A DNA stretch of 64,000 nucleotides. Source: an uncultured Candidatus Saccharibacteria bacterium (GTDB lineage Bacteria; Patescibacteriota; Minisyncoccia; Phycocordibacterales; UBA6065). Where the stretch lies: positions 84,054 through 148,053 of the forward strand of contig CAZBVG010000001.1 in assembly GCA_964495425.1 (NCBI GenBank). The letters run 5' to 3'. The notes beneath the pieces are model-generated. The model was not told the origin of the DNA. It did no database searches and saw nothing but the letters and a program-made list of their open reading frames with translations. Within the stretch, counting starts at the first letter, position 1, and each line of letters opens with the position of its first letter. The position numbers were made by a program, and so were the translations under genes. Positions 1 to 9,656 of this stretch are shown here, one piece after another.

Positions 1-52
1 TCGCGATAACGACGAGGAGTTCGATGAGTGTGAAACCCTTTGTCTTATTCAT
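1..52 (-). CDS. Type IV pilin or pseudopilin, N-terminal fragment; the gene runs off the left edge of the window
   Basis: The reverse complement of bases 1-52 reads ATG AAT AAG ACA AAG GGT TTC ACA CTC ATC GAA CTC CTC GTC GTT ATC GCG, which is MNKTKGFTLIELLVVIA. This is the classic prepilin leader plus the G|FTLIE cleavage and methylation motif. Confidence 0.6.
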   Translation of the reverse strand, partial: MNKTKGFTLIELLVVIA

Positions 53-242
53 AGAATTGACGAGTAATTGATAATTAATAATACCGATTCCCGCTCCGCT
101 CAAAGGCTCGAATCCAAGAGATCATATACAAGCGCTTGGGCGGGCCGGGAAACGACCGAAACTATATAAAATCGGCTTCTATATTATACAGAACGGAATT
201 TTTCATGGCTAATTTGAATATGTGGACAAGTACAACATAACA

Positions 243-276
243 AAAACCGCCAAGCGCAAGGCCTGGTGGTTTTACA
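243..276 (-). terminator. Rho-independent terminator downstream of pilC
   Basis: On the minus transcript the sequence is ACCACCAGGC-CUUGC-GCUUGGCGGU followed by UUUUUGUU. That is a 10-bp stem with one mismatch and a U-tract. Confidence 0.5.
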
Positions 277-303
277 CTCGCATACTGCTAAAATCCCCTG
301 TAA

Positions 304-1512
304 TTACGAGATATTTGTTGAGATGTTATAGATCGGAATAAGTACCGAAGCAAGGAGGAAACCGACACCAAGACCGAGAAGCACAATCATTGCAGGCTCA
401 ATAAGATCAACAAGCGTATCAACGGCATTCACCACTTCTCTACTATAGAAAATAGAGAGGGTTTTCAAAATCTTTCCCAATTCACCCGACTCCTCACCCA
501 CCTTAATCATTTGTACCATGATGCCTGGAATCACTTTTTTACCTGAAAGTGCCTCAGATACTGACTTACCTCCCTTCACATCTTCAATTGCCTCATCGAG
601 TACTTTTTTATATACCGCATTACCCACAACATCAGACGTAAGTTCAAGCGATCGAATCATCGGGATACCAGAAATAAGAAGTGTGTTCATGTTGTCAGAA
701 ATTCGAGAAAGGTAAAGTTTCTGATAGAGATGCTTGATAAACGGCGCGGTAATTTTCATATCGTCAAACGCTAGCTTACCTGAATCTGTTTTCGAAAATC
801 TATACGACAAGAAGCCTACAATAATCGTGACGATCAAAAGTATTACACCGTATGAAGTAAAGAATTGAGATATACCGATAACAAACTTTGTATACAACGG
901 AATTTGCTGACCTGATTCGATAAGAATACTGCTGATTTTAGGAATCACAATCGTAAGCATCAATATCATTACCACGACGAACGTAAAAATAACGAACGCT
1001 GGATAAATGAGAGCGTTTTTTGCTTTTGAATTCACTTCATATGCCCTATCGAGATGTTCCGCAAGGAAAAGGAACACCTCATCAAGTTTTCCAGACTCTT
1101 CACCTGAACGAACCATATTTACATAGAAACTTGAGAAGATTTTTGGATGCTTAGCGATCGCTTTTGAGATTGAACTACCTGCTTGAAGTTCATCAGCAAT
1201 TTGCGTGAGAGCTTTTCGCAGTGTTGGGTTCTCTGTTTCGCTTGCTAGGAGTCGAAATACACGGAGCGCAGATACCTGTGCCTCAAACAATGTCGCAAGC
1301 TGTCGTGAAAGTACCACGACATCCTTATTTGATACGCGTGAGAAAAGTGCGAGATCTCGCTTAAAAATAGATTTCTCCTCTGCTGGTGCAATCTCTCGAA
1401 TAATGAGGCCTCGTCTCTGTAAGGATGCTATCGCCACCTCAAGAGATATGGCATCAATTGATCCCTTCGATTCAACCTGACTTTGATCTATTGCACTGTA
1501 ATTAAATAACAT
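304..1512 (-). CDS. pilC: Type IV pilus assembly platform protein PilC (GspF family)
   Basis: 402 aa with two GspF-type repeats and three TM segments. It sits in an operon with pilT and pilB. Confidence 0.85.
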   Translation of the reverse strand: MLFNYSAIDQSQVESKGSIDAISLEVAIASLQRRGLIIREIAPAEEKSIFKRDLALFSRVSNKDVVVLSRQLATLFEAQVSALRVFRLLASETENPTLRKALTQIADELQAGSSISKAIAKHPKIFSSFYVNMVRSGEESGKLDEVFLFLAEHLDRAYEVNSKAKNALIYPAFVIFTFVVVMILMLTIVIPKISSILIESGQQIPLYTKFVIGISQFFTSYGVILLIVTIIVGFLSYRFSKTDSGKLAFDDMKITAPFIKHLYQKLYLSRISDNMNTLLISGIPMIRSLELTSDVVGNAVYKKVLDEAIEDVKGGKSVSEALSGKKVIPGIMVQMIKVGEESGELGKILKTLSIFYSREVVNAVDTLVDLIEPAMIVLLGLGVGFLLASVLIPIYNISTNIS

Positions 1513-1522
1513 GATGATTCAA

Positions 1523-2590
1523 TTAAAGGAGTCTTTCGAGCACCTTCGGATTTGGCGAATAAAGATACGCATTATCAGGGGTAATCTCGCCTCGACGCAC
1601 AAGATCTGCGAGCGATCGATTCATATCAATCATACCCTGCTCAAGACCTGTTTCAATAACCGTATTGAGCTCGTGAACTCGCTTTTCACGAATGAGGTTT
1701 GAAACTGCGGTGTTCGAAATAAGAAGTTCGTATGCTGGAACGAGTCCTCCCGCAACACGAGGAATAAGTCTTTGGGAGAAAATACCCGTGAGTGTTGCTG
1801 CAAGCTGAATTCGAATTTGATCCTGCTGTCCCGCTGGGAAGGAGTCAATAATTCGGTTAATGGTTTGAGCAGCATTATTTGTATGGAGTGTTGAAAGCAC
1901 CAAATGACCTGTTTCCGCTGCAGTCACAGCAGTTGCCATGGTATCAATTCCTCGCATTTCTCCGATCAAAATCACATCGACGTCCTGACGGAACACTGAA
2001 CGCAATGCTGTTGAAAAATCAATGGTATCGAGTCGAACCTCTCGCTGATCGATCACAGATTTTTTCTGTTCATAGAGATATTCAATGGGATCTTCGATTG
2101 TAATAATATGCTCTGCTCTCTTTTCGTTAATTGACTCAATCATTGCAGCGAGAGTCGTTGTTTTACCGTGACCCACAGGACCCACAACAAGGAAGAATCC
2201 CTGCTGCTTTTCAGCAAAACTTTCGAGAATCGGTGGCAAATTAAGTTCCTCAAATGAACGGATCTTCTTTGGAATGAGTCGGAATGCGAAAGAAACACAA
2301 CCTCGCTGGAAATAACCATTACCTCGGAAACGAGATTTATCTTTGTAGTTGTATGAAAAGTCTATTTCCTTATTACGCAAAAAGAGATCACGATCATCAG
2401 CATTGAGGACGACTGTCATAAATCCCGCGGTATCATCCTTGGTCAAAAGCTTTCGATTCATGAGAGGCACGAGAAATCCGGATACACGTATTGTTGGATA
2501 ACGGCCTTCACACAAGTGTAGGTCAGAAGCCGACTCCTTCATCATCGTTTCTATGAGATCCTCAAATTCTTTTTTGTAATCAAGTGCCAT
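1523..2590 (-). CDS. pilT: Twitching-motility ATPase PilT
   Basis: 355 aa. Walker A GPVGHGKTTT, GspE-family Asp and His boxes, and PilT-sized. Confidence 0.85.
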   Translation of the reverse strand: MALDYKKEFEDLIETMMKESASDLHLCEGRYPTIRVSGFLVPLMNRKLLTKDDTAGFMTVVLNADDRDLFLRNKEIDFSYNYKDKSRFRGNGYFQRGCVSFAFRLIPKKIRSFEELNLPPILESFAEKQQGFFLVVGPVGHGKTTTLAAMIESINEKRAEHIITIEDPIEYLYEQKKSVIDQREVRLDTIDFSTALRSVFRQDVDVILIGEMRGIDTMATAVTAAETGHLVLSTLHTNNAAQTINRIIDSFPAGQQDQIRIQLAATLTGIFSQRLIPRVAGGLVPAYELLISNTAVSNLIREKRVHELNTVIETGLEQGMIDMNRSLADLVRRGEITPDNAYLYSPNPKVLERLL

Positions 2591-2611
2591 GGTTTTTAAA
2601 ATTATGATGTA

Positions 2612-3025
2612 CTATTTTTTCTTTCCCCCTCCCTTTTTCGAAGAATATATTTTCTCAACTTGGTTTAATACTTCTGACGGAATCGTCTCCGCTTTGATAA
2701 TGTACCCGTCTACCTTCAATTCTTTTGCTTTTTCTATATCTGCCGACTGACTTTGGTTCGTGAGCATAATAACCACCGCATCAGAAGCAAGATTTTCATC
2801 ACGGATCGTCTTTAGAAGTTCTAGGCCGTCCATGTGTGGCATGACAATATCGAGAAGAAGAACGTCAGGCTTTGCTCCGTTATGGAGCTTATCGAGAGCC
2901 GCAGGTGAACCCACCGCAGTGTCGACATCATAACCATTATTGGCAAATTTCAAGGAATACATCCCAAGAAGGAACTTATCATCATCGACAATGAGCACTT
3001 TTACGTTTTTCTTTTCCTTTTCCAT
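2612..3025 (-). CDS. Single-domain response regulator (CheY/PilH-like receiver)
   Basis: 137 aa. VLIVDDD...DIVMPHMDGLELL receiver motifs; no output domain. Confidence 0.75.
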   Translation of the reverse strand: MEKEKKNVKVLIVDDDKFLLGMYSLKFANNGYDVDTAVGSPAALDKLHNGAKPDVLLLDIVMPHMDGLELLKTIRDENLASDAVVIMLTNQSQSADIEKAKELKVDGYIIKAETIPSEVLNQVEKIYSSKKGGGKKK

Positions 3026-3061
3026 GACACAATACGACTTCTTTAGTATATCACGCCTCTT

Positions 3062-4768
3062 TTAGAGCTTATTCACCTCACTCCATGGTATTTCACCATT
3101 GAAAGCTTTGAGCATTGCGTCTTCCTTCATCGTGAGCATTCCTTTCGCTCGAGCTATTTTATATATCGTTTCTTCAGTCGCATTTGTTAAGATTGCTCGT
3201 TCAAATTCACGATCCATTTCGATAACTTCGGCAACAGCCACTCGCCCGCGCACACCTGTTGGGCACGCAGCTGATGGTTCTGCCTCAACAACACTTTTTG
3301 GAATCTTGATATCTTTTTTAAATTCAGGAGCCAAGTCAGAAAACTGCTTGGTGATCATTGTGTCGATTGAACCCTCAATAGTTATCCTTCTACCTCCCTC
3401 ACATATCTTTGAAACGAGTCGTTGTGCTAACGATAACGCGAGTGTTGGTGCAATAAGGTACGGATCAACACCCATGTCTATGAGACGAGGAATAACACCG
3501 ATAGCGGTGTTGGTATGGATAGTTGAAAGCACCAAGTGACCCGTGAGCGCCGCCTGAATCGCGAGCTGAGCCGTTTCTTTATCTCGAATTTCTCCCACCA
3601 TGATGATGTCTGGGTCCTGACGAAGTGTTGTTCGAAGTCCCGATGCAAATGTGTACCCGATTTCTGGTCGAACCTGCGACTGGCTCACGCCTTCCATGTT
3701 GTATTCAACAGGATCTTCAAGTGAAAGCACGTTCTTGGACTCATCATTAATCTCTTTAAGCATTGAGTAGAGCGTTGTCGACTTACCTGATCCAGTCGGA
3801 CCAGATACAAGAATGAGACCATACGGACGCGCCATCGCACGCCTGAGTGCCGCGAGATTGGCTTTTGAGAAACCAATATCCTCAAGCGTTCGTACACCCC
3901 TTTCCTGATCCAAAATTCGCATCACCACCTTTTCTCCGTAATATGCCGGGAATGTAGAAACACGGAAATCGATCTTTCGACTCTCAATTCGAGCTGAAAA
4001 GCGTCCGTCTTGCGGTTTTCGCTTTTCGTCGAGTTTCATGTTTGAAAGTATCTTGATACGTGCAACTACAGCATCGTGCACTTTGATTGGCAAAATGAGA
4101 GATGTGTGAAGATCGCCATCAACTCGGAAACGTACACGAACTTTGTCTACCATTCGTTCAACATGGATGTCAGACGCATCTCCTTCTACTGCATATCGCA
4201 AAATAGTTGCCACAATTTTGGTAACTGGTGCATCTTCAATAATTGTTGTTTCTCCTTCTTTTGTGACCTGGCTTTCATCGAGCTCACTTTCCACATCATC
4301 AATATCAGTTTCGAGCTCATCGAGCGCCTTTGTTACTTCTCCAGAGAGTCCTCGATAAAGCGAAAGTGCCGCCTTGAAATCCTCCTCGGTAATGAGAAAG
4401 AGTTTAAAAGGCATATTTACCTTTGATGCAATAAAGTTGAGAGCGTCACGAGCCTCAATATCATCAGGATCAACCATTCCTACCTCAAGAGCATTATCTG
4501 CAACCGCAATCGGCACAAATTTATAATGCATCGCAGATTCTTCAGGAATGTATTTGAGTGTTTCGAACGGAATATCTACATCTTTGAGTGATCGCGCTGG
4601 AACACCGAGATACTCGCCTTTTGCTTCTAGAATATCCGAGTCCTTGAGACCTTTTTTAGACAAAACAGCTTCAAGAGATTCCCCGGTTAGACGCACTTCT
4701 TCAGAAACGGCGGCAGCGTCTTTTTTGTCGAGCAGATTTTTCTGTACGAGGATGTCTAATACGCTCAT
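3062..4768 (-). CDS. pilB: Type IV pilus assembly ATPase PilB (GspE family)
   Basis: 568 aa. Walker A GPTGSGKSTT, a C-terminal tetracysteine-like region, and an N-terminal GSPII-like domain. Confidence 0.85.
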   Translation of the reverse strand: MSVLDILVQKNLLDKKDAAAVSEEVRLTGESLEAVLSKKGLKDSDILEAKGEYLGVPARSLKDVDIPFETLKYIPEESAMHYKFVPIAVADNALEVGMVDPDDIEARDALNFIASKVNMPFKLFLITEEDFKAALSLYRGLSGEVTKALDELETDIDDVESELDESQVTKEGETTIIEDAPVTKIVATILRYAVEGDASDIHVERMVDKVRVRFRVDGDLHTSLILPIKVHDAVVARIKILSNMKLDEKRKPQDGRFSARIESRKIDFRVSTFPAYYGEKVVMRILDQERGVRTLEDIGFSKANLAALRRAMARPYGLILVSGPTGSGKSTTLYSMLKEINDESKNVLSLEDPVEYNMEGVSQSQVRPEIGYTFASGLRTTLRQDPDIIMVGEIRDKETAQLAIQAALTGHLVLSTIHTNTAIGVIPRLIDMGVDPYLIAPTLALSLAQRLVSKICEGGRRITIEGSIDTMITKQFSDLAPEFKKDIKIPKSVVEAEPSAACPTGVRGRVAVAEVIEMDREFERAILTNATEETIYKIARAKGMLTMKEDAMLKAFNGEIPWSEVNKL

Positions 4769-4808
4769 ATGGTGGCGCTTTCGCGCGAGTTAAACGTGTA
4801 TACCGACT

Positions 4809-5138
4809 TTACTGAGTCGAAGACTCACTTGTACCGATCGGCGCAAATGGATTAGATCGTCCAGCCGGCTGCGGTGCAAGTGTTCTTCCAAAATCAACGA
4901 GTGTTGTCCAAGCAGCATTTCTAAAAAGAGAATCATTGAGCTTGAGACGCTTCAAAGAATTAAGAGCTGTAATGAAATTACCTTCAATTGTGGCTGCTGA
5001 AGGGTTATTTGTGACACCGGTAAGAAGCGATTCATCAACAAGTGGCTGTCGATTCATGTAAAAGTAAGCACCGAGTACAATAACAACAAATGCTACTGCG
5101 CCTATCACCAAATTTTTTACATTTTCATTATCGATCAT
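4809..5138 (-). CDS. Small membrane-anchored protein within the pilus operon (PilP-like position)
   Basis: 109 aa with a single N-terminal TM helix. It lies between the pilO-like gene and pilB. No recognisable motif. Confidence 0.35.
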   Translation of the reverse strand: MIDNENVKNLVIGAVAFVVIVLGAYFYMNRQPLVDESLLTGVTNNPSAATIEGNFITALNSLKRLKLNDSLFRNAAWTTLVDFGRTLAPQPAGRSNPFAPIGTSESSTQ

Positions 5139-5151
5139 ATGATTTGGATGA

Positions 5152-5685
5152 TTATTTGAGCCAATATGTCTTTATTGTCACGTTGTAATCATACAACGGG
5201 TTTCCATCGACGGAAGTAAAGCTGATTGAAGACACATCGATGAGTCGGAGGCTTCGTTCGAGATCGCGCATAAACGCAAGGAATGTTGTATAAGAAGCAG
5301 ATGTAGAGAACGTCAGTGTAAGAGTTCCGTACACGCTATTATCTCGCCCTATAGTCTCCTTCTTTTCTGCCGCATCTGTCTTGAAATTTCGGATGCGCAT
5401 ATTATACGTCTTTGCCATTTCATCGATATCAATGATCAATCGAATATTATCAATGTTATCTGGCAAAAGCTTAGCAAGACCATCGAGATCCGCATCCGGC
5501 ATTGCATCGAGCTTCTCTAGAAGCTTATCCCTCTCCTGTTGTAGGCTCTTTGAGTTAGTGAGAGCTTCTTCGTAATTTGCCTTCTCGGCATTCAATTGCT
5601 TTATCTCAGAATATGTTGGATCAACATAGCCAAAGAAGAGGCCGATAGATGCGAGTATTACTGCGAGTGAAATGATAGTGCTCAT
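5152..5685 (-). CDS. PilO-like pilus assembly protein
   Basis: 177 aa. N-terminal TM followed by coiled coil. The gene overlaps the pilN-like gene by 4 nt, indicating translational coupling. Confidence 0.55.
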   Translation of the reverse strand: MSTIISLAVILASIGLFFGYVDPTYSEIKQLNAEKANYEEALTNSKSLQQERDKLLEKLDAMPDADLDGLAKLLPDNIDNIRLIIDIDEMAKTYNMRIRNFKTDAAEKKETIGRDNSVYGTLTLTFSTSASYTTFLAFMRDLERSLRLIDVSSISFTSVDGNPLYDYNVTIKTYWLK

Positions 5686-6314
5686 TGTGCTGGTTGTTCT
5701 AATGCTGGCTCAGTTGCTGATGGCGCTTCAGTCCCTGAAACAATTGAAGAATACGACACAAGACTTGGATTCACCGTTGTGGTGACATTAAATGAAATAG
5801 TGCCAGCAGGTTCAAGTGTCATATCGCTTAATACAGTATCCGTAAGGCTTGTTTGTTCGCTCAAAAGATCAGCCTGAAGTGCAACTGACGCGTAGTTTTG
5901 CGCCTGCCCCTTCATTTGTACCTGAATTTTGTCACTCGCGAGATATGTGAAGGTAAAATCCTTAAATCGAACAGATCGAAGTGTTACAGACGAAAGAAAA
6001 TCGAAAAGTGGTGTAACTGCAACGTGATTTTCAAGGAGACTATTACCTGCGGTGAGTCGAGAATCGAGTCGAACGAGATCTTTGATAACTTCAGGCTCAA
6101 AAGCGCCTTTCGCGTCATCAAGCTCCTCTTTACTTGCCTCAATCTGTTTCAAGACGAGCTGTTTGTAGAAAAACATACCTCCGGTTAACACGAGTCCGAC
6201 TATAAAAAATATAGTGGCGATAAGTGAAAAGAGACTTATCGGGGTCGCAACTTTACCTGTTGCGGCGATAACTGGTTTCTTTGGTATGAATGATGTTTGA
6301 AATCGAGGATCCAT
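5682..6314 (-). CDS. PilN-like pilus assembly protein
   Basis: 210 aa with an N-terminal TM helix and a periplasmic domain. It follows pilM in the same orientation. Confidence 0.55.
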   Translation of the reverse strand: MDPRFQTSFIPKKPVIAATGKVATPISLFSLIATIFFIVGLVLTGGMFFYKQLVLKQIEASKEELDDAKGAFEPEVIKDLVRLDSRLTAGNSLLENHVAVTPLFDFLSSVTLRSVRFKDFTFTYLASDKIQVQMKGQAQNYASVALQADLLSEQTSLTDTVLSDMTLEPAGTISFNVTTTVNPSLVSYSSIVSGTEAPSATEPALEQPAQ

Positions 6315-6387
6315 GGTGCTCTAATACCGCTTCATTATACTGTACTTTTAATAATTGCTATCCACAGCATTCAAACAAATCAGAAAA

Positions 6388-7509
6388 TTATTCAGATTCC
6401 TGGAGTTTTCGGAGGGCAATACCGATTGCAACGGCAAACTCAGGACCTGCTGTTTTGAGTACTGGTTCGAGGAATGCTGGTGCCTCTGTCTTTGAAAAAG
6501 GATCTCCGAGTACCACCTCAGTCTGGAATCTCTGACGTGCAATATCAAGAAAACCCTTAAGCAATGACCCTCCTCCAGTCAAAATTACCTTCGAAATGCT
6601 TTTATTGTATTTACGTTCAAAACTCGCAATAACACGATTAGTCTCGGTGAAAATATAATCAAGGTTAAGCGCGATTACGTCGTCTATGTTCTTATTATCT
6701 GGTTCCTTAGAAATTCCTATAGTTCGCTTGATATGCTCCGCATCACCTACGCTCAGTCCAAGTGCTCGCGAAAGGCCAAGAGTTATTTCCTGGGATCCAC
6801 GATTTATAGTATGAGATGCTCGCAAATTCCCCTGTTCTATAACATACAGCTTCGTTGAACCTGCGCCCATATCAAAAATCATGACCGTTTCGAGATTTTG
6901 ATCTATAACAGATCGCATAGAGCTGAAAATCTCAATTTCATAGAACGAAGACTCGAGTCCAGCCGTTTGTGAAATCTGATTAAGATGGCTGAGAACATCG
7001 TTATGGATAACCACAAGCAAAACATCAATAGTTTTTTCCTTCGGAGCCTCTCCAGGAAGTGGAGCTTTTTCAAACTCTGAAAATGCATTCTCCTGGCGTG
7101 GCACGATTGACCAATCAAGAGCCACCTCAGTGATCGGCACAGGGATATATTTACGCGCCTCCATTGGAATCATGGTCGCAAGCTGCCTCTGATCAACATC
7201 AGGCATCTTTATAAACGATAGAAGGCTTGAAGATGAGGCGATTGAGATACCAGACGCCTTGGTGGTGACATTCGCCTCTTTGAGGAGGTCTTTGAGTGCT
7301 TCCGCAATCTTTTCCATCGGAAGATTGGTTGCGCGGCCAATTTCTATTCCGGAATAGGGACCCAAAGCGAGCTCACCATATGTCTCAAGCACAGCTCGAC
7401 CCCCTTTTTTTCGAAGCTGAACTACTTTTATTGAAGACGAGCCTATGTCGATACCGACGACGCTTTGGCCTTTTTTAGCAAACAGATTGTTGAGGAAATT
7501 AAGAGGCAT
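6388..7509 (-). CDS. pilM: Type IV pilus assembly ATPase-like protein PilM (actin/FtsA fold)
   Basis: 373 aa. The N-terminal VVGIDIGSSSIKVV phosphate-1 motif and the actin-like ATPase layout. Confidence 0.8.
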   Translation of the reverse strand: MPLNFLNNLFAKKGQSVVGIDIGSSSIKVVQLRKKGGRAVLETYGELALGPYSGIEIGRATNLPMEKIAEALKDLLKEANVTTKASGISIASSSSLLSFIKMPDVDQRQLATMIPMEARKYIPVPITEVALDWSIVPRQENAFSEFEKAPLPGEAPKEKTIDVLLVVIHNDVLSHLNQISQTAGLESSFYEIEIFSSMRSVIDQNLETVMIFDMGAGSTKLYVIEQGNLRASHTINRGSQEITLGLSRALGLSVGDAEHIKRTIGISKEPDNKNIDDVIALNLDYIFTETNRVIASFERKYNKSISKVILTGGGSLLKGFLDIARQRFQTEVVLGDPFSKTEAPAFLEPVLKTAGPEFAVAIGIALRKLQESE

Positions 7510-7582
7510 ACCTCAGAAGTATACCACGGTCCCACCGCTTCCTCTATACCTTTATTTTTCTTTTATCTCCTTTTAATACGTT

Positions 7583-8257
7583 ATGCATATGCACAACAAT
7601 CTTGGAGTACCTCCATTTTTGAAAATCTGGAATCTTTTTATTGATACCATTGCCCCGCAAGATCCATTCATTAAAAAAATCGAGAATATGACAGCAGAAG
7701 AGTTTATTCGCGAAGCCCATAGGCTTCATACAAGCACTGCTGATGATTTTGTTGCATTTTTTGCATACAAAGATCCTTTAGTTAAAGCAGCCATACTTGA
7801 GGTTAAATCGTATGGAAATAGGAAAATTGCTCGTTTGCTAGGCGAAGTAATACACGAATTGCTTGTTACTGAACTTGAAGATATGGAAATTTTTTACAAT
7901 TTTCGGTCACCACTACTCTTACCTATCCCCATGACTCGAACATCTCTTCGCAAACGCGGCTGGAATCAGTGCCAATTATGTGTCTCTGCACTTATTGCTT
8001 GTTCAGGCAATACATTTGATACGGCACAAAATGCACTTACTAAAATGAGAAAAACTGACGATCAAGTAGGAAAAGGTCGAAAAGAGCGCTTCGAGAATTT
8101 ACGTCACTCGTGTGTTGCTGATCCTGCTTTAGTGCGTGACCGAAATGTGATAATCCTAGATGACATCGTTACCACCGGAGCAACCTTAGCTGAAGCAAAA
8201 CGTGCTTTGCTAGAAGCCGGTGCACGAAAAGTATTCTCTGTTGCGATTGCCCACTAA
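7583..8257 (+). CDS. ComF-family protein (phosphoribosyltransferase domain)
   Basis: 224 aa. LRKRGWNQ and VIILDDIVTTGATL PRTase motifs typical of ComFC. The usual N-terminal double zinc finger is absent; only a single CQLC is present. Confidence 0.65.
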   Translation: MHMHNNLGVPPFLKIWNLFIDTIAPQDPFIKKIENMTAEEFIREAHRLHTSTADDFVAFFAYKDPLVKAAILEVKSYGNRKIARLLGEVIHELLVTELEDMEIFYNFRSPLLLPIPMTRTSLRKRGWNQCQLCVSALIACSGNTFDTAQNALTKMRKTDDQVGKGRKERFENLRHSCVADPALVRDRNVIILDDIVTTGATLAEAKRALLEAGARKVFSVAIAH

Positions 8258-9151
8258 TTACTTAATCCTACAGACCTGTTTAATTGAGGCGATATCATCA
8301 GCACTCGGCGTAAGACCTGTGGCCTTATTGAGGTAATATAAAATCGATTGAGGATTTTCATTATGATCAGCACCCAAAGCATGCCCGAATTCATGAGCGA
8401 TGATTCTGGTTAATTCATCCTTTGTATAAAACTCATAAATGTTAATTTTTTCTTTGCCGCCAGAAGAAATGTACTCTCCCTGTTCAAATTCTTGATCTGC
8501 AGTTTCATTGAGCTTATCAATATTAGAATTCACTTCTTTGACGAGATAATTGTATTTTGAAACAAGCGCATTTACTTGATCCGCCAAACTGTTTACTTCT
8601 TGCCGCTTACTCTCAACTGCAGTTTGCATATCACGAAGAACCTGTTTCTGTTGCTCAAGTTTATTGTATTCATTTTTTGGAGCACCTCCTCGACTGTTCC
8701 AATATTGAACATGAGAAGTATATTCGGCTTGAAGCCTTTTATACTCCTCAACGAGTGCCTCATAGGAGTCGCTTGCCGCCTCGTAGCGTGCCTTAAGACT
8801 CTCAAACTGGGCCTTCACAGTTTTTGCTGAACTTTCTGTTTCATCTACCTTTGACTCAAGCGTCTTGTTACGAATCGCTATGGCCTGTCGCTCGTCATAC
8901 ACAAGATTAAGTGGCATGCCCTTTGATTCCTTGTACACAAACAAATCTTTGCCCACTGCTTCTTCCCATATTTTTTCAGCCGCCTTTGCTGCCGAAGCAA
9001 ATTCGGACTCAGTAACGCCAAATCGTTTGTCGTACACACCTATTGTGTACGATTTTGGCGCGTAGCAAGGACCAACGGCAAGCACAAACGCTGAGAACGA
9101 AAAAGTTCCAATGATAATCGCCCAGAGAATAATTTTTAAGAGGGTTTTCAT
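8258..9151 (-). CDS. Membrane-anchored zinc metalloprotease (metzincin, matrixin-like)
   Basis: 297 aa. N-terminal TM helix, a long coiled-coil stalk, and a C-terminal HEFGHALGADH motif (HExxHxxGxxH). Confidence 0.7.
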   Translation of the reverse strand: MKTLLKIILWAIIIGTFSFSAFVLAVGPCYAPKSYTIGVYDKRFGVTESEFASAAKAAEKIWEEAVGKDLFVYKESKGMPLNLVYDERQAIAIRNKTLESKVDETESSAKTVKAQFESLKARYEAASDSYEALVEEYKRLQAEYTSHVQYWNSRGGAPKNEYNKLEQQKQVLRDMQTAVESKRQEVNSLADQVNALVSKYNYLVKEVNSNIDKLNETADQEFEQGEYISSGGKEKINIYEFYTKDELTRIIAHEFGHALGADHNENPQSILYYLNKATGLTPSADDIASIKQVCRIK

Positions 9152-9193
9152 GTACTTAGATTATATTGACATCGTTGATTAATTCAAATATGT

Positions 9194-9634
9194 TTGGGCA
9201 AGATTATGAACCCACCAGACCCTCACTCTGGCTATCACTCCGATCAAGCAGGAGTCATGTCAGATTACAAACATTCAGGTGTTTTCAGAAAACCGGAGGA
9301 TGCAGGAACACTTCATCTCTTCTTTAGTCCAAACAGAGTACCCGCCGGACTCATCGATTGTGAAATTGAAGTCTGTCTTGCGCTCGCACCGCTCGTCGAA
9401 ACCTGGCGAGAAAAGTGCCTCAAACGCAGACAGAAACACTACGATGAGACACTCCATCAGGAACTCTTTGACATACTTGAGAAACATGGATACACCCGGT
9501 TTCAGGCAACGGGCATATTAGCTGCCACCGAAAGACCAGGATTACCCATTGAGCTCTCTCTTTCTCCTATGACACGTGAGTCATTTCAACTCGGCGTGCA
9601 AAAGCTCATCGAAGTTCTTCAAAAATCACCATAA
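9194..9634 (+). CDS. Hypothetical protein
   Basis: 146-aa ORF with no recognisable motifs. Several alternative in-frame starts exist. The region is relatively GC-rich. Confidence 0.35.
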   Translation: MGKIMNPPDPHSGYHSDQAGVMSDYKHSGVFRKPEDAGTLHLFFSPNRVPAGLIDCEIEVCLALAPLVETWREKCLKRRQKHYDETLHQELFDILEKHGYTRFQATGILAATERPGLPIELSLSPMTRESFQLGVQKLIEVLQKSP

Positions 9635-9656
9635 CATCAGCGCAAGCTGGTGTTTT

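Noticed and set aside
3099-3539. 146-aa ORF antisense to pilB
   Set aside because: It is embedded in the conserved pilB ATPase domain on the other strand and has no features.
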